Counted from the stretch's first letter, positions 1 to 13,010 are shown. The stretch: DNA of 64,000 bases from Octopus sinensis (GCF_006345805.1 NC_043020.1:26474001-26538000); one strand, 5' to 3'. Numbers and translations: made by a program. The notes: generated by a model not told the origin, from the sequence alone.

Positions 1-84
1 AAATTGGCGGAAAAAAAAAACTGAAAGAATTTGGTAAGTGATTGTCTCCAAAATGTTAGTCTTCACATTTCCATAGACGGACAA

Positions 85-231
85 GTGCAGGAATGGCTGT
101 GTGGTAAGCAGCTTGCTTCCCAACCACATGGTATCAGGTTCAGTCCCACTGCATTGCACCTTGGGCAAGTGTCTTCTACTATAGCCTCAAGCTGACCAAA
201 GCCTTGTGAGTGGATTTGGTAGACGGAAACT
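85..231 (+). mobile_element. SINE family A (tRNA head + CORE-like), 5' half
   Basis: A box TGGCTGTGTGG, B box GGTTCAGTCCC, then CACCTTGGGCAAGTGTCTTCTACTATAGCC as in the other family A copies. Confidence 0.85.
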
Positions 232-325
232 GGGTATCGAAACCATGATTCTACGACCGCGAGTCCACTGCCCTAACCACTGGGCCATTGCACCTCCACA
301 CACACACATATCATCATCAACATCA

Positions 326-460
326 TCATTTAACGTCCCCTTTCCATGCTAGCATGGGTTGGACGATTTGACAGGTCTGGCGAACCAGACTCCAATCTGA
401 TCTGGCAGGGTTTCTACAGCTGGATGCCCTTCCTAATGCCAGGATGCCCTTACTAACGCC
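326..460 (-). mobile_element. SINE family B (GGAAGGGCATCCAGCTG domain, ACGTTAAA(TGA)n tail), 3' part
   Basis: Reverse complement of the copy at 478-716; tail catcatcatttaacgtcc. Confidence 0.8.
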
Positions 461-477
461 AAATATATATATATATT

Positions 478-716
478 TGCCGGTGGCACGTAAAAAGCAC
501 CAATCTGATCGTGGCCGTTGCCCCCTCGCCGGAAACCTGTGCCTGTGGCACGTAAAAGCACCCACTACACTCTCGGGAGTGGTTGGTGTTAGGAAGGGCA
601 TCCAGCTGCAGAAACACGGCCAGATCAGACTGGAGCCTGGTGCAGCCTTCTGGCTTCCCAGATCCCCGGTCGAACCATCCAACCCATGGAGAATGGACGT
701 TAAACGATGATGATGA
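478..716 (+). mobile_element. SINE family B (Meta-like central domain, RTE-type tail)
   Basis: GGCACGTAAAAGCACCCACTACACTCTC...AGGAAGGGCATCCAGCTG...GGACGTTAAACGATGATGAT, recurring at about 22060, 28548, 36594, 37075, 39880 and 43100. MetaSINE affinity is from memory. Confidence 0.8.
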
Positions 717-732
717 TATATATATATGAATT

Positions 733-762
733 TCTCTGATGAGCACTTTTAATAGCTGAAAC
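733..762 (+). ncRNA. Degenerate hammerhead-like core in a Penelope-like fragment
   Basis: CTGATGA (736-742), GC-loop-GC(T), GAAAC (758-762); stems I and III cannot be drawn cleanly. Confidence 0.4.
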
Positions 763-1227
763 AATCTGCACCTTATTAGAAAAGTTAGAAGAATAAATGT
801 TTTGTATTCTGTATTTAGTGTTTCGGGTTCTGCATTTACTTGTCTAATGATTGGGTTCTCTTACACACACACACATACACACATACATCAAATGTGCCCA
901 TGTACACACCACATGTGAATGCATGCATGCATGCATATATACACACACACAGGCTCAGCTATTTTGTGATATTTGTCGATGTTATGACTTTTGCATTGTG
1001 GTGAAGTGTGTGTGTGTGTGTGTATGGTAATAAAATGCAGAATGATGTTAAGTGTATGGTGGTGGTGGTGAGGATAAGAGATGATGGTGGTGTGGGGGTG
1101 TGATTGGGGTGTGGGGTGTGTGTATGGAGTGGCATATGAAATGAGCAGCGGTGGTGGAGAAGCTGGGGGGTAGGTGGAGGTAGGCGGAGCAGTTTTTGAG
1201 GGTGAGAACAATAAATGATGTGTGTAC

Positions 1228-1263
<36 letters not shown>

Positions 1264-1689
1264 TTGTGAATGTATGTATACATGCGTGAGTGATTAATAG
1301 ATGCTTGCTTGCATGTGAGTGCGTGTGTGCGTGCATGCGTACGTGTGTGCGTGTATATGTGTGTGTACGTGTGTGTGTGTAGGTGTTGTTTTTGTTTGTT
1401 TCTTTCAAGTGTTATTCAAGGTGGAGAGCGAGGGGGGTGGGCAGGTGGGGGGAGGGGGGCGTCTTACATGTGTAGAATAGGTGTGCCTCTGTTGATTGAA
1501 ATGCGTGTACACACATGCACACACGCGCACACGTATACACACGCACACGTAGACATACACACAAACACACATGCGCTGCCCCTGCCCCGTCGCCCGCCTC
1601 CTCTCCCCCACCCATCTCTCTCTCTCTTTCTCCCAATCCCAGCAGTCATTTAATTAACTTCTCTTTGCTTGAATAGAAGCGGCAAAGGT

Positions 1690-1900
1690 GTGTATGTGTG
1701 TGTGTGTGTGTGTGTATGCATGTGGCAGTGTGTAAATTATGATGTAAATGTTGAGTGTGTGCACACGTGTATTTATATATATATATGTGTGTGTGTGTAT
1801 GTCTGTGTGAGTGTGATAATGTGTATACATGTTTTTGTCAGTGTGTATATATTGTATATGTTTGTGTGTCTGTATATATATGTGTGTGTGTGTGTGTTTG

Positions 1901-1931
<31 letters not shown>

Positions 1932-2157
1932 CTGTATATATATATGTAGATTGTGTGTGTTGTGTTTTGTGTTTATATATATATATGTGTTGTGTCTGTA
2001 TATATATAATGTGTGGTGTGTTGTGTTGTATATATAATATATATATATATGTGTGTGTTGTCTGTATATATATATGTGGTGTGTGTGTTTGTATATATAT
2101 ATATATATATGTGTGTGTGTTCTGTATAATATATATATGTGTGTGTGTGTGTGTTTG

Positions 2158-2192
<35 letters not shown>

Positions 2193-2449
2193 CTGTCTGT
2201 ATATATATATATGTGTGGTGTGTGGTTTGTATATATAATATATATATATGTGTGTGTGTGTGTCTGTATATATATATATGTGTGTGTGTGTTTGTTGTAT
2301 ATATATATATATATTGTGTGTGTGTTTGTATATATATATATGTGTTGTGTGTGTTGTATATATATATGATATATATATATATAATGTGGTGGTTTGTATA
2401 TTATATATGTGTGTGTGTTTGTATATATATATATGTGTTTGTGTGTGTT

Positions 2450-2495
<46 letters not shown>

Positions 2496-2810
2496 GTGTG
2501 ATAAGGTGTACATGTTGTCAGTGTGGATGCGTTGTATATGTGTCTGTCTGTATGTATATATATATATGTATGTATGTGTGTGTGTGTTTGTCAGTGTGTA
2601 TGCATTGTGTGTGTGTGTGTGTGGTGTGCTTGTATAAGTGATGTGGGTTTGTGTGTGTATGTGTGAGCGTGCATGTATGTACGTATGTATGCGCTGTTTG
2701 TGTACACAGGAAAAAAAGTGCAAGCACATATTTACATCAATAAAGATGTCTGCATAGCGCATGCATGCATACATGCATTTGCATGTGCGTGCGTGCGCAT
2801 ATGTGTGTGT
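1690..2810. repeat. Compound (TG)n/(TA)n microsatellite
   Basis: Alternating GT and AT dinucleotide runs. Confidence 0.95.
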
Positions 2811-3294
2811 CTAGCTTTATATAACCCCAGGTCAGTTTTGATCTTGCAGACAGACTGTTGTTTTTCTTCTCATTATTGCTTAAGTCAGTTCTCATCCAGT
2901 AGTCTTTCCGTTGTTATTGCTTTGCTGTTGTTTTTTTAGCCCTAGGTCAGTTGTGATCCAGCAAACAGGAAACTTTATAGCGATATTAAATTCTCTTCCT
3001 GTACTTGACCGATACTTTAGTTTCCTCGACCCAGGAGGATTAAAAAGGCAACGCTGATCTATGTAGGATTCGAACTTGGAACTTAAAGGATCATAACTAA
3101 ATATCGCAATCATTTATAGGTGCTGGCGTGGTCGTGTGGTTAAGAGGTTTGTTTCCCGACAATGAAGTTTCAGGTTCAATCCCATCGCATGGCCCCTTGG
3201 TTGTCTGCTACTATTGCCCCAGACTGACCAATGCCCAGTAAGTGAATTTGGTAGATGGAAACTGTGTAGAAGCCCATCATGTATGTGTATGTAT

Positions 3295-4220
3295 AGGCAC
3301 AGGAGTGGATGTGTGGTAGGTAGCTTGCTTACCAACCACATGGTTCCGGGTTCAGTCCCACTGCGTGGCACCTTGGGCAAGTGTCTTCTACTGTAACCTC
3401 AGGCTGACCAAAGCTTTGTGAGTGGATTTCATAGACGGAAACTAAAAAGAAGCCCATCGTATATATGTATGTATGCATGTGTGTGTGTGTGTGTATTTTT
3501 GTGTTTGACCTCACCACAGCTTGATAACTGGTGTTGGTGTGTTTACATCCCTGTAACTTATTGGTTTAGTACAGGGGTCACCAAACATTTTACCCAGTGA
3601 ACCAGACACCTGATGAGTGAGGGCTGCATAACTATTTTGTTCAGTACAATATAGTAACTACACGAGAAATAAAGACAACCAACATATCTATTTACCAAAA
3701 ATTTGTCAAAGAAGGCGATGTTAGCCATAGGATAGTTATATCACACCCAGTGCGCACATGTCTGAATCTCACAAACTAAGCATTCAAAAAGGTTGGTGAG
3801 ATTTGTGGAACTGGTGTTTGGCTTTTGAAGACATCATCAATATTTGCTTTGGAATTGCTGCATCCAACCGAGAGAATTGCTTTCAAATGTTCATCAGTCA
3901 ACCTCATTCGATGTGCTGATTTCACATATTTCATTACTGAAAATGTTTGCTCACAGACATAAGTTGTTCCGAACACTGATGCCATACCAGAGGCAAATGA
4001 ACTTTCGTAGCAGGTACTTAACACGAAAGGTACAGTACAATGGTGGCAGGCTGGATGAACTGGTGGGGTATAGTTTCGTGACCCCTGGTATAGTATAAAG
4101 GGACCGATAGAATAAGTACCAGGCTTGAAAAGAAAAAGACAAGTAATACAATTCTTCAAGGCAGTGCCCCAGCATGTCCACATTGTAATGTCCGAAACAA
4201 TTAAAATACAAAAGATAATT
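3295..4220 (+). mobile_element. SINE family A copy split by a hAT insertion
   Basis: Family A sequence runs 3295-3571 and resumes at about 4096 (AAAGGGACCGATAGAATAAGTACCAGGCTT). Confidence 0.8.
3572..4087 (-). mobile_element. Internally deleted hAT (Charlie/SPIN-like) DNA transposon with transposase C-terminal fragment
   Basis: TIRs CAGGGGTCACCAAA / TTTCGTGACCCCTG; 8-bp TSD GTTTAGTA / GTATAGTA; minus-strand peptide FASGMASVFGTTYVCEQTFSVMKYVKSAHRMRLTDEHLKAIL (about 4012-3776) matches the hAT dimerisation-domain motif. Confidence 0.9.
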
Positions 4221-4440
4221 ATATCTGGCTGTATGATAATGTATCCTACATCTGGCTGTACATCTGGTTGTATTGTAATGTATCCTACATCTGGCCGTGT
4301 GATATTGTATCCTACATCTGGCTGCATCGTAATTTATCCTACATCTGGCCATATGATAATGTATCCTTCATCTGGCTATATCATAATGTGTCCTACATCT
4401 GGCTGTATCATAATGTATCCTACATCTGGCTGTATCATAC
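4221..4440. repeat. About 27-bp minisatellite (TATCCTACATCTGGCTGTATCATAATG), about 8 units
   Basis: Tandem units read directly; followed by the family E motif GGAGATGTGGCTGCTAT. Confidence 0.9.
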
Positions 4441-4828
4441 TGGATACTAAAGAGCGACTCAAGGGAGATGTGGCTGCTATATCTTGAGATTATTCTGGCT
4501 TTGAGATTGCTAAGTACTACCAAGACATCAGGCAACAAGTAACTCTCTCCATCATGAAAATTAGTAGGGTTTTATTTAATTTAATTCTATTATTTTTTTT
4601 CTTCTGTATTGGAATCAGAATGCTGAATAATTAAACAAATATTTAATTAAAAAATTAATATTAGAATAATATTTAATCTCCAGTTTTAGTATTTTTGCTG
4701 ATAAAATTCAATTTGTTTTCTGCTAACACATGATGTTTGATGAGGAGAAAGGACAAGAGATGGGTAGAAATGATGTGGAAAGTTTGTGGTTACTATATAT
4801 ACGTGTGTGTATATATATATATATATAT

Positions 4829-5205
4829 ATAGGAGTGGCTGTGTGGTAAGTAGCTTGCTTACCAACCACATGGTCCCGGGTTCAGTTCCACTGCGTGGCA
4901 CCTTGGGCAAGTGTCTTCTACTATAGCCTCGGGCCGTCCAATGCCTTGTGAGTGGGATTTCGTAGGCGGAAACTGAAAGAAGCCTGGTCGTAATATATAT
5001 ATATGTATGTTTGTGTGTTTGTGTTTGTCCCCCTAGCATTGCTTGAAACCGATGCTGGTGTGTTTATGTCCCCGTCACTTAGCGGTTGGCACCAAGAGAG
5101 CGATAGATAGAAAAGTACTGGGTTACAAAGAATAAGTCCTGGGGTTGATTTGCTCGACTAAAGGTGGCCGCAGTCAATGACTGAAACAAGTAAAAGAGTA
5201 AAGAG

Positions 5206-5207
<2 letters not shown>
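4829..5207 (+). mobile_element. SINE family A, full length
   Basis: Head, CORE-like block, internal (TA/TG)n, tail CAGTCAATGACTGAAACAAGTAAAAGAGTAAAGAG. Confidence 0.9.
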
Positions 5208-5238
<31 letters not shown>

Positions 5239-5274
5239 TATACATATATACTATATATATATATAGTAACCACA

Positions 5275-5430
5275 AACTTTGGATGAAGTCGATTACATTG
5301 ACTCCAGTACATGACTGGTACTGAATTTATTGACCCCCAAAAGGATGAAAGACAAAGTCGACCTTGGTGGAATTTGAACTCAGAACATAAAGATGGGCGA
5401 AATACCATTAAGCATTTTGCCCAGCGTGAT
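5275..5430 (-). mobile_element. SINE family C (Deu/Nin-like domain), partial
   Basis: Reverse complement contains GTTCTGAGTTCAAATTCC and CTTTCATCCTTT...GGGTCAATAAATTCAGTACCAG. Confidence 0.75.
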
Positions 5431-5439
5431 AATAATAAT

Positions 5440-5760
5440 AATTATAACAATTCCCACCACCAACATTACTACTACTACTACTACTGTTGCTGCTACTGCT
5501 ACTACCGCTACTACTGTTGCTGATACTACTACTACCACTACTACTGTTGCTACTGCTACTACTACTATTGCTGCTATTGCGACTGCTACTACCACTACCG
5601 CCACTACTACTACTACTACTATCACTACTATTGTTGCTGCTGCTGCTACTACTACTACTACTACTACTATCACCACCACCACCACTACTACCACCTCTAC
5701 TACTACTGCTACTACTATCATTACTGCTGCTGCTGCTATTACTACTCCTACTACCTCCTC
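5440..5760. repeat. (CTA/CTG/CCA)n trinucleotide repeat
   Basis: Direct reading; source of the poly-T/L/S/V ORFs. Confidence 0.95.
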
Positions 5761-6404
5761 CACTTCCCCCTCCCACTGACTCATCTAACCCCTTCAATTT
5801 TCGACAACAAAGGGACAATATTCTTTTCTTTCTGCTCTGCCCTGTTTTAAATACAAAATGGCACACCCTTGCACAAATGGCACACCGTCGCACAAATATT
5901 ATCATTGACTGTTGACTCAGTGGAAGGTCTTTGGAACTTTCTGCGGGGTGGGGGGAAAAAAGTCCCCCACCTCTACCTTTATCTCCCATGCGACCCCTAA
6001 TCCCCCACCCCTGCCGTCTGTGGGTGGGTGTGGCACGTAAAGAGACATCAAGAGTAGCAGTGGTGGGAAGGGATGGATGAGAGGGTGGAGGGAACGGAAC
6101 GGAACAACGGGGGCATGGGATGGGTTTGATCCTGGCTGAGCAGACAGTTTTTGGTTCCGAACAAATGTGTTCTGAATGTGACCATCCCTGCTGCCTCTGT
6201 TAAGATCGGGACAGGGGTAGAGTGGGGTGGAGCAGAGTGGATTGGGGTGGTGGTGGGGGTGAGGGGCTTTGTTGGTTCATGTCATTATGTTATTACATTA
6301 TCTCGTCTCTGGGTCCACGGTCCTCAGGGCCTCCAGTTCCTTCCTCTTAGATGGTACTGTGTGACTCAAAGAAGAGAGTTTGACTGCTATTTCTAGCCGC
6401 TCAG

Positions 6405-6760
6405 GTGACTATGATGGCGGTGGTGGTGGTGCTGGTGGTTGGGGTGTATGTGGTGATGGTGTGTGTGGTTCTGGTGATGGTTGCATTAATGATGGCAGTG
6501 GTGAAGGTGGTGTCTGTTGTGGCAGTGGTTGAGGTGGTACTGGTTGTAGTAGTGGTAATGGTTGTGGTTGTGATGGTGGTACTTGTAGTTTTATGGGCAA
6601 CAGTGGTATGGTGGAGGAAAGGTGGGGGTAGTGGTGGCTGTAGTAGTTGTATTGGGTATGGTGGTATGATGGAAGGGGTTGGGGTAGTGATAGCAATGAT
6701 GATGGTGGTGGTTGTGGTAGTAGTAGTTGTGGTGGTGGTGATGATGGTGAATGTACCATC
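6405..6760. repeat. (GGT/GAT)n degenerate trinucleotide repeat
   Basis: Direct reading. Confidence 0.9.
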
Positions 6761-6779
6761 AATGTTCAGCTACGGGCCA

Positions 6780-6965
6780 CAGTTCTGATCCAGCAGGCCT
6801 GCAATTAAAGATACCCCAACCATGACCATCACACCTTTTCATACCAACTCACCTTGCATTATCCAATCAACCCATTTCTATCATAATATAACCTGGGTGT
6901 ATGATTAGAGGTAGATTTGGCTGCTATTTCTAGCAAGTTCAACTCATCTCATAGAGGCTCACCCA
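6780..6965 (+). mobile_element. Interspersed repeat family E (GATTTGGCTGCTATTTCTAGC), one of about a dozen fragments
   Basis: Motif recurs at about 4470, 6385, 8610(-), 16805, 24145, 31690(-), 33325 and 33575; no tRNA head seen. Confidence 0.65.
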
Positions 6966-7149
6966 TTGATCTGTTGGCTTTTTTTTTTCTTTTGAAATAA
7001 CTTCATGTGTAAATGGCTACATGTGTGCAGGGTTTCACATGTAGACAAAATAATTGTTTTTTATTATTTTTGTTATTCTTATATATTTAGTTGATGCAAT
7101 CTGTTGGGGATATAATCCGTCTATTTTCTTTATAGTTATTTAACTGCCT

Positions 7150-7260
7150 GCTTGTCTGTCTGTCTGTCTCTATCTATCTATCTATCAATCTTTCTGTCTG
7201 TCAGTCTATCTGTCTATTTATCTATCTGTTTATCTATCTATCTATTTATATATCTGTCTG

Positions 7261-7291
<31 letters not shown>

Positions 7292-7306
7292 CCCTATATC
7301 TGTCTC

Positions 7307-7363
<57 letters not shown>

Positions 7364-7378
7364 CTATCTATCTCTCTA

Positions 7379-7433
<55 letters not shown>

Positions 7434-7800
7434 TTATTTCTCTATCCATCCATCTATATTTTTTTTATTATTTTGTTTGTTTTTCACCCCTCCCCTCGAA
7501 AAGAAAAACTCTACATTGTGTTTGTCCCCTTATGTTCAGCCCTGTGTGGCCAATAAAGTTATCTCTCAATCAATCAATCTATCTATCTATCTATCTATCT
7601 GTCTGTCTGTCCATCCATCCATCCAGCCAGCCAGCCATCCATCCACCCATGTAAGTCTGTCTGTCTATCTGTCCATCTCTCTCTCTCTCTCTCTTTCTGG
7701 CATCTGTCTGTTTGTCTCTGTCTGTGGCTATCCATGTGGTGTCCGCCTGTCCGTCTGTCTGCTTGCCTGCCTGTCTGCCTGCCTGCCTGTTTGTCTGTTT
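7150..7800. repeat. (TCTA)/(TCTG)/(TCCA)n tetranucleotide tract
   Basis: Direct reading. Confidence 0.95.
7480..7560 (+). mobile_element. Tx1/L1-like LINE 3' UTR end fragment
   Basis: TGTTTGTCCCCTTATGTTCAGCCCTGTGTGGCCAATAAA matches the LINE end at 63361-63420. Confidence 0.6.
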
Positions 7801-7979
7801 CCTTCATCTCCTCAACATGTTAAAGAGATGGAGGCAATCACAATAAACCATCGCCACTACCGCCACGACCACCACCACCGACAGCCTCCATAACAACATT
7901 AACTGCTCCAGTTATCCTCTATTTACTTTCGCATCTCTCATTTAGTCTCATTTATTGCCTTGATTCAATAAAACTCCTT

Positions 7980-9490
7980 GATTACATTAACTGGTGGTGG
8001 TGGTCGTGGGGAGCGGTGGTGGGGATTGGTGGTGGTGACGATGATGATCATGACGATGGTGGTGGCAGTGGTGGTTGGGGCGATGTTGGTGATGGCTGTG
8101 ATGGTGGTGATGAAGATGATGGTGGCGGTGGTGATGAAGATGATGGTGGCGGTGGTGATGAAGATGATGGTGGCGGTGGTGATGAAGATGATGGTGGCGG
8201 TGGTGATGAAGATGATGGTGGTCGCGGTGGTGATGAAGATGATGAGGGTGGTGTTGGTAATGGCTGTGATGATGGTGGTGGTGGTGGTATTCTTACTATG
8301 ACCATGACCAGAGCATTGACAGCAACAACAGTTTGTTTCATCCTCATCATCATCTGCCTCCTCCTCCTCCTCATCATCATCATCATGGCCACCACCATCA
8401 ACACAGCCACGTTCATCACCACCACCACCACCACTACCACTACTCTCAGCATCATCATCATCATTTGTACCTTCTCTATCAACACTGCATTACATCTACC
8501 CACAATCTTCCACATTATCAAAGTAATACAATCTACCCCACCACCACCACCTACATCACCACCACCACCTCCACCATGAACAGCAGAGCTTCTACATGTT
8601 TTGTTTGACAGGCTAGAAATTGCAGCCAAATCTCCCTCGAGCCGTCACCTCTTCCACTCCGCCACCGTCCATCTTAGACAGAAAGCTGGAAGTACAATCC
8701 TAGGTTTCACTCCCCTTAGCCCTCCTTAGCCTCTCCCCTCACCTCTGCAAAATGATCGAACATGGGATGGTCCTGGTTGGAATGCCATTGGTTATAGGTC
8801 TGTCGGTATGATCAGTGTTGATCTGGGAGTAAACAACAACAACAGCAACAACAACGAAATCAGTTTTTCTCATCAACAACTTATTTCTTTCTTATTCTCT
8901 CTCTTCCTCTCTTTCTCCATCATCACCATCACCACCATCATCATCAGTGGTCCTCTTCTTCCTCCTCCACCCTTTCCTCCTCTTCCTCCTTCTCCACAAC
9001 TTCTTCACCTCTCCCACTTCTCCTCATCTTTTTCATCACCCCTTCTTCCCCTCTTCCTCCTCCTCCACTCCGACTCTCCTCTTCCTCCCTCCTCCCCCTC
9101 CTCCTCCTCATCATCATCATCATCTACATAGTTCTCATCACCACCACCATCACGACCATCATCATCACCATGATCATTGCTATCATCACCATCATCATAA
9201 TCCTCATCATCCTCATCATCTCCATCATCCTCATCAGCACCATCGCCATTATCACCACCACCACCACCATAACCACCACCACCATCATCATCACTATCCC
9301 ATCATCATCATCATCAAACGCGCTCTCCTCGCTTTGCCTCCACCACCACCACCACCGTTTCCACCACCATTTCTTAACCTTCACACCTCTAATCTAGACA
9401 AATTGCGAAACAACAACTGCCACCACCACCACCACCACTACCGCCACCACCACCACCACCATCAACATCATCACCACCATCACAACTAAT
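7980..9490. repeat. GGT/GAT and CAT/CAC/CCT trinucleotide tracts including a 24-bp minisatellite (about 8105-8240)
   Basis: GATGATGGTGGCGGTGGTGATGAA repeated about 5 times, with low-complexity flanks. Confidence 0.9.
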
Positions 9491-10185
9491 CAATCAGTAA
9501 ATCTAATTAACGTAATTTTATATCAGTCGGCTTAATTGTTTCCATTTTACTTGATGTGTGTTCAATGCACTGCATTCATTACACATATTTATATACACTT
9601 GCACGTGTGTGTATATATATATATGTGCATATATATATATATACATATATACATATGCACATATATATATATATACATGTGTATATGTCTGTGTAGTTGG
9701 AGTGAGGTGTGTGTGTTATAGAAATGTTTGTGTGAGTTTGTTTGTATGTATGTATGTGTGTGTGTATATATATATGTGTGTGTATATATATATATATATA
9801 CATATGTGTGTGTAGTTGGAGTGAGGTGTGTGTGTATAGAAATGTGTGTGTGTGTTTGTGTTTGTTTGTATGTATGTATGTGTGTGCCTGTGTCGATATA
9901 GCTGTGTGTATGTGTGTGTGAATGTGTATATGATAATGTGTGTGTATTTGTGTGCATGTCTGGCTGTAGTTTTACATGTATGTTTGTATAGCAACAGGCA
10001 CGTGTTTGTATGTGCATGTGTGTATATAGTTGTGTATGTATGTATGTATGTGATTGTGCCTTTGTATAGATGTAATTACTTGTGTGTTTATGTACCATTA
10101 TGTATGTGTGCATGCGTACATGTAAATGCATAGCTGTGACTACATGTATGCATATACAGGAATGTGCATTTAGATAGAGATGTAT

Positions 10186-10595
10186 CTCTTTTACTCTTTT
10201 ACTTGTTTCAGTCATTGGACTGCGGCCATGCTGGAGCACCGCCTTTAATCGAGCAACTCGACCCTGAACTTATTCTTTTGTAAGCCAAACATATTCTATT
10301 GATCTCTTTTGCCGAACGCTAAGTATGGGGACATAAACACACCAGCATCGGTTGTCAAGCAATGCTAGGGGGACAAACACAGACACACAAACAAACACAC
10401 TACATATATATATATATATATATATACATATATAGACAAGCTGCTTTCAGTTTCTGTCTACCAAATCCACTCACAAGGCTTTGGTCTGCCCGAGGCTATA
10501 GTAGAAGACACTTGCCCAAGGTGCCACGCAGTGGGAATGATCCCGGGAACCATGTGGTTGGTAAACAAGCTACTTACCACACAGCCACTCCTGCG
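10186..10595 (-). mobile_element. SINE family A, full length
   Basis: Reverse complement of 4829-5207 / 56569-56975. Confidence 0.9.
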
Positions 10596-11109
10596 TATGT
10601 GTATATAACAAGGTGTGTTTGTGTGTAGATGCACCTGGTTGTATGCGTGTCCAAGAATGTCTGCGTGTATGTAGATATATATGTGTGTGTAACTGTATTT
10701 CATCATCATACAGTGATTTAAATCCAGGTTTTGTCCCCGTTAATAGGGGTGGACGGATCTACCTCAATGCCATAGCAACCGAGGTAGTTAGGTGCAGCCC
10801 ACCCCAACCTTTGGGCCGGCTGGTGCCCATTCTCCTTTGTTATCACGAGGCTTTTTTGGAGCAGGATTTTCTACAGGGAGCATGCCCTTGCTTAGCCCCA
10901 ACTTCAGTTTCGAGACGTGAGTGGTCCCAAGACCAAGGCCTCTACGAAGAATTTTAAGAAATGTGGAAAACTAGCTCAGGAAGGCAGGGACACTCCTCCT
11001 GAGACCCCTTTCAGAGCCCTCCCCTACATATATAAGAAATGTGGTGGAAAACTAGTATTGTTAGTGCATATGTAGATATAGCGACATGTATGTATATACA
11101 AAAATGTGT

Positions 11110-11350
11110 ACATATGACTGAATCATAAGGGCCAGTTTCCTAGTTTCCATGGAGCATATATTCCTCACCCAGGATGGGATAGTAGTATGTTGCAGGAATA
11201 CTTACTTTTAACAGTTGTGTAGAGTGGAGCAATGTGAAATAAAGTGTTTTGCTCAAGAACACAATGTTGCCCGGTTCGGGAATCGAAACCACGATCTTAT
11301 GACCAAAAGTCCTACACCCCTAACCACTAAGCCATGTGCCTCCACTGCGC
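11110..11350 (-). mobile_element. SINE family D (tRNA head, GTGTTCTTGAGCAA core)
   Basis: Head reverse complement TGGCTTAGTGG...GTTTCGATTCCC; related copies at 232-300, 41780-42052, 52095-52210 and 59530-59775. Confidence 0.75.
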
Positions 11351-11477
11351 GCCACTCTGGGGTCATCAGAAGGCTTTGCACATAACCGTCTGTCATTTCT
11401 CCTGTTTGGAATTTTGGTCTTAGTCAAGCTGTTTCTCATCAGAGGAGAACCAAAGCATGCTATGTTTGTGACGGCTT

Positions 11478-11706
11478 TTAACCCTTTCGTTACCAACCCA
11501 GCTGAAACCGGCTCTGGTTCTGTAGTATAAATGCCTTGTTTTCATAAGTTTTCAAGTAAAATCTTCCACCAAACCTTAGTCACAATGTATGTTCGGAACA
11601 CTAGCTGAATGATAACTAAGTTATTTTACTAATTTCTTTGTTATATTTAAAGTTGTTGAAAGAAACACAGAGCATCTCAACAGAAATATGGTAACAAAAG
11701 GATTAA
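11478..11706. mobile_element. piggyBac-like MITE
   Basis: TTAA-CCCTTTCGTTACC...GGTAACAAAAGGA-TTAA; about 225 bp. Confidence 0.85.
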
Positions 11707-11752
11707 AACACATGACTTGTATTGTTTCATGAGAAATAAGCTTTGCAGAAGT

Positions 11753-11983
11753 TTAACCCTTTTGATACCAACCCAGCTGAAACCAGCTCTGGCTCTCTGT
11801 AGTACAAATGGCTTGTTTTCATAAGTTTTGAATTAAAATCTTCCACCAAGCCTTAGTCACAATTAATGTTCTTAACACTAGCTGAATGATAACTAAGTTA
11901 TTTTACTAAATTCTTTATTATATTTAAAGTAATTGAAAGAAACACAGAACATCTCAAAATAAATACAGTAACGAAAGGGTTAG
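11753..11983. mobile_element. piggyBac-like MITE, second copy
   Basis: TTAA-CCCTTTTGATACC...AGTAACGAAAGGG-TTAG, same internal sequence. Confidence 0.85.
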
Positions 11984-11994
11984 CCTTGGTACGG

Positions 11995-12465
11995 ACCAAA
12001 TGATTTCCTGGTTCTTTGCAGACATCATTTGGCTTCTTCTCAGTACATATAACTTATATCAAATGTCCTTGAATACCACAGTTCTGAAATTCCACTCAAG
12101 CACCTGAGGTTCTTTAACAATGGCCCTCATTGACTTTCCAGGGATATCAATAATGTTTTAAATAAGTTGGATGAATTGCCAGGTCCTTATAGTGCACAAA
12201 GGTTTAGAATTATTTTCTCTTCTTGATGCAATAAAAATATTCCTGCCAAAGACTTCCAAATCTGATTAATCTCTGTGTGCAAAGATCTTGCAATGGTTAG
12301 GAAGTTGGCAATTTCTAAATTGGTGTTTTCTGCACAAATGGCAACAATGACTGCTTGTCTTTTCCGTTCTTGTCTTAGCATTTTATCTGCGTCAGAAGAT
12401 CTGAAAGAAATTAAGTTTTTAATTGGTTTGAAGAGAATAGTATGCTGATTATTTAATGTCCTCAA
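11995..12465 (-). pseudogene. Degenerate Tc1/mariner transposase, N-terminal HTH region
   Basis: ATG at 12381 gives MLRQERKRQAVIVAICAENTNLEIANFL; after frameshifts and stops, IDIPGKSMRAIVKEPQVLEWNFRTVV...YKLYVLRRSQMMS, typical of mariner-like transposases. Confidence 0.7.
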
Positions 12466-12489
12466 ATACTACTTGTACCCTCTAAATAT

Positions 12490-12524
12490 ATATTTATATA
12501 TATATAAATATATATATAAATATA

Positions 12525-12560
<36 letters not shown>

Positions 12561-12708
12561 TGTGTGTGTGTGTGTGTGTGTGTGGTATTATATATATGTA
12601 TGTATATGTGTGTATATATATGTATATGTGTGTATATATATATATATGTATGTATGTATATGTGTGTATATATATATGTAAGTATGTATATGTGTATATA
12701 TATATATG

Positions 12709-12744
<36 letters not shown>

Positions 12745-12925
12745 ATGTATGTATATGTGTATATATATATATGTATGTATGTATATGTGTATATATATAT
12801 ATGTATGTATGTATATGTATATATATATATGTATGTATGTATATGTGTATATATATATATGTATGTATGTATATGTGTATATATATATATATGTATGGAT
12901 ATATGTATGTATATATGTATGGATG

Positions 12926-12956
<31 letters not shown>

Positions 12957-13010
12957 TATATATGTATATATGCATGTTTATATATGTATAAATATATGTA
13001 TATATATTTC
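12490..13010. repeat. (TA)/(TATG)/(TG) microsatellite
   Basis: Direct reading. Confidence 0.95.

Noticed and set aside
4221-4440. CRISPR-like regular repeats
   Set aside because: No unique spacers, eukaryotic context; a plain minisatellite.
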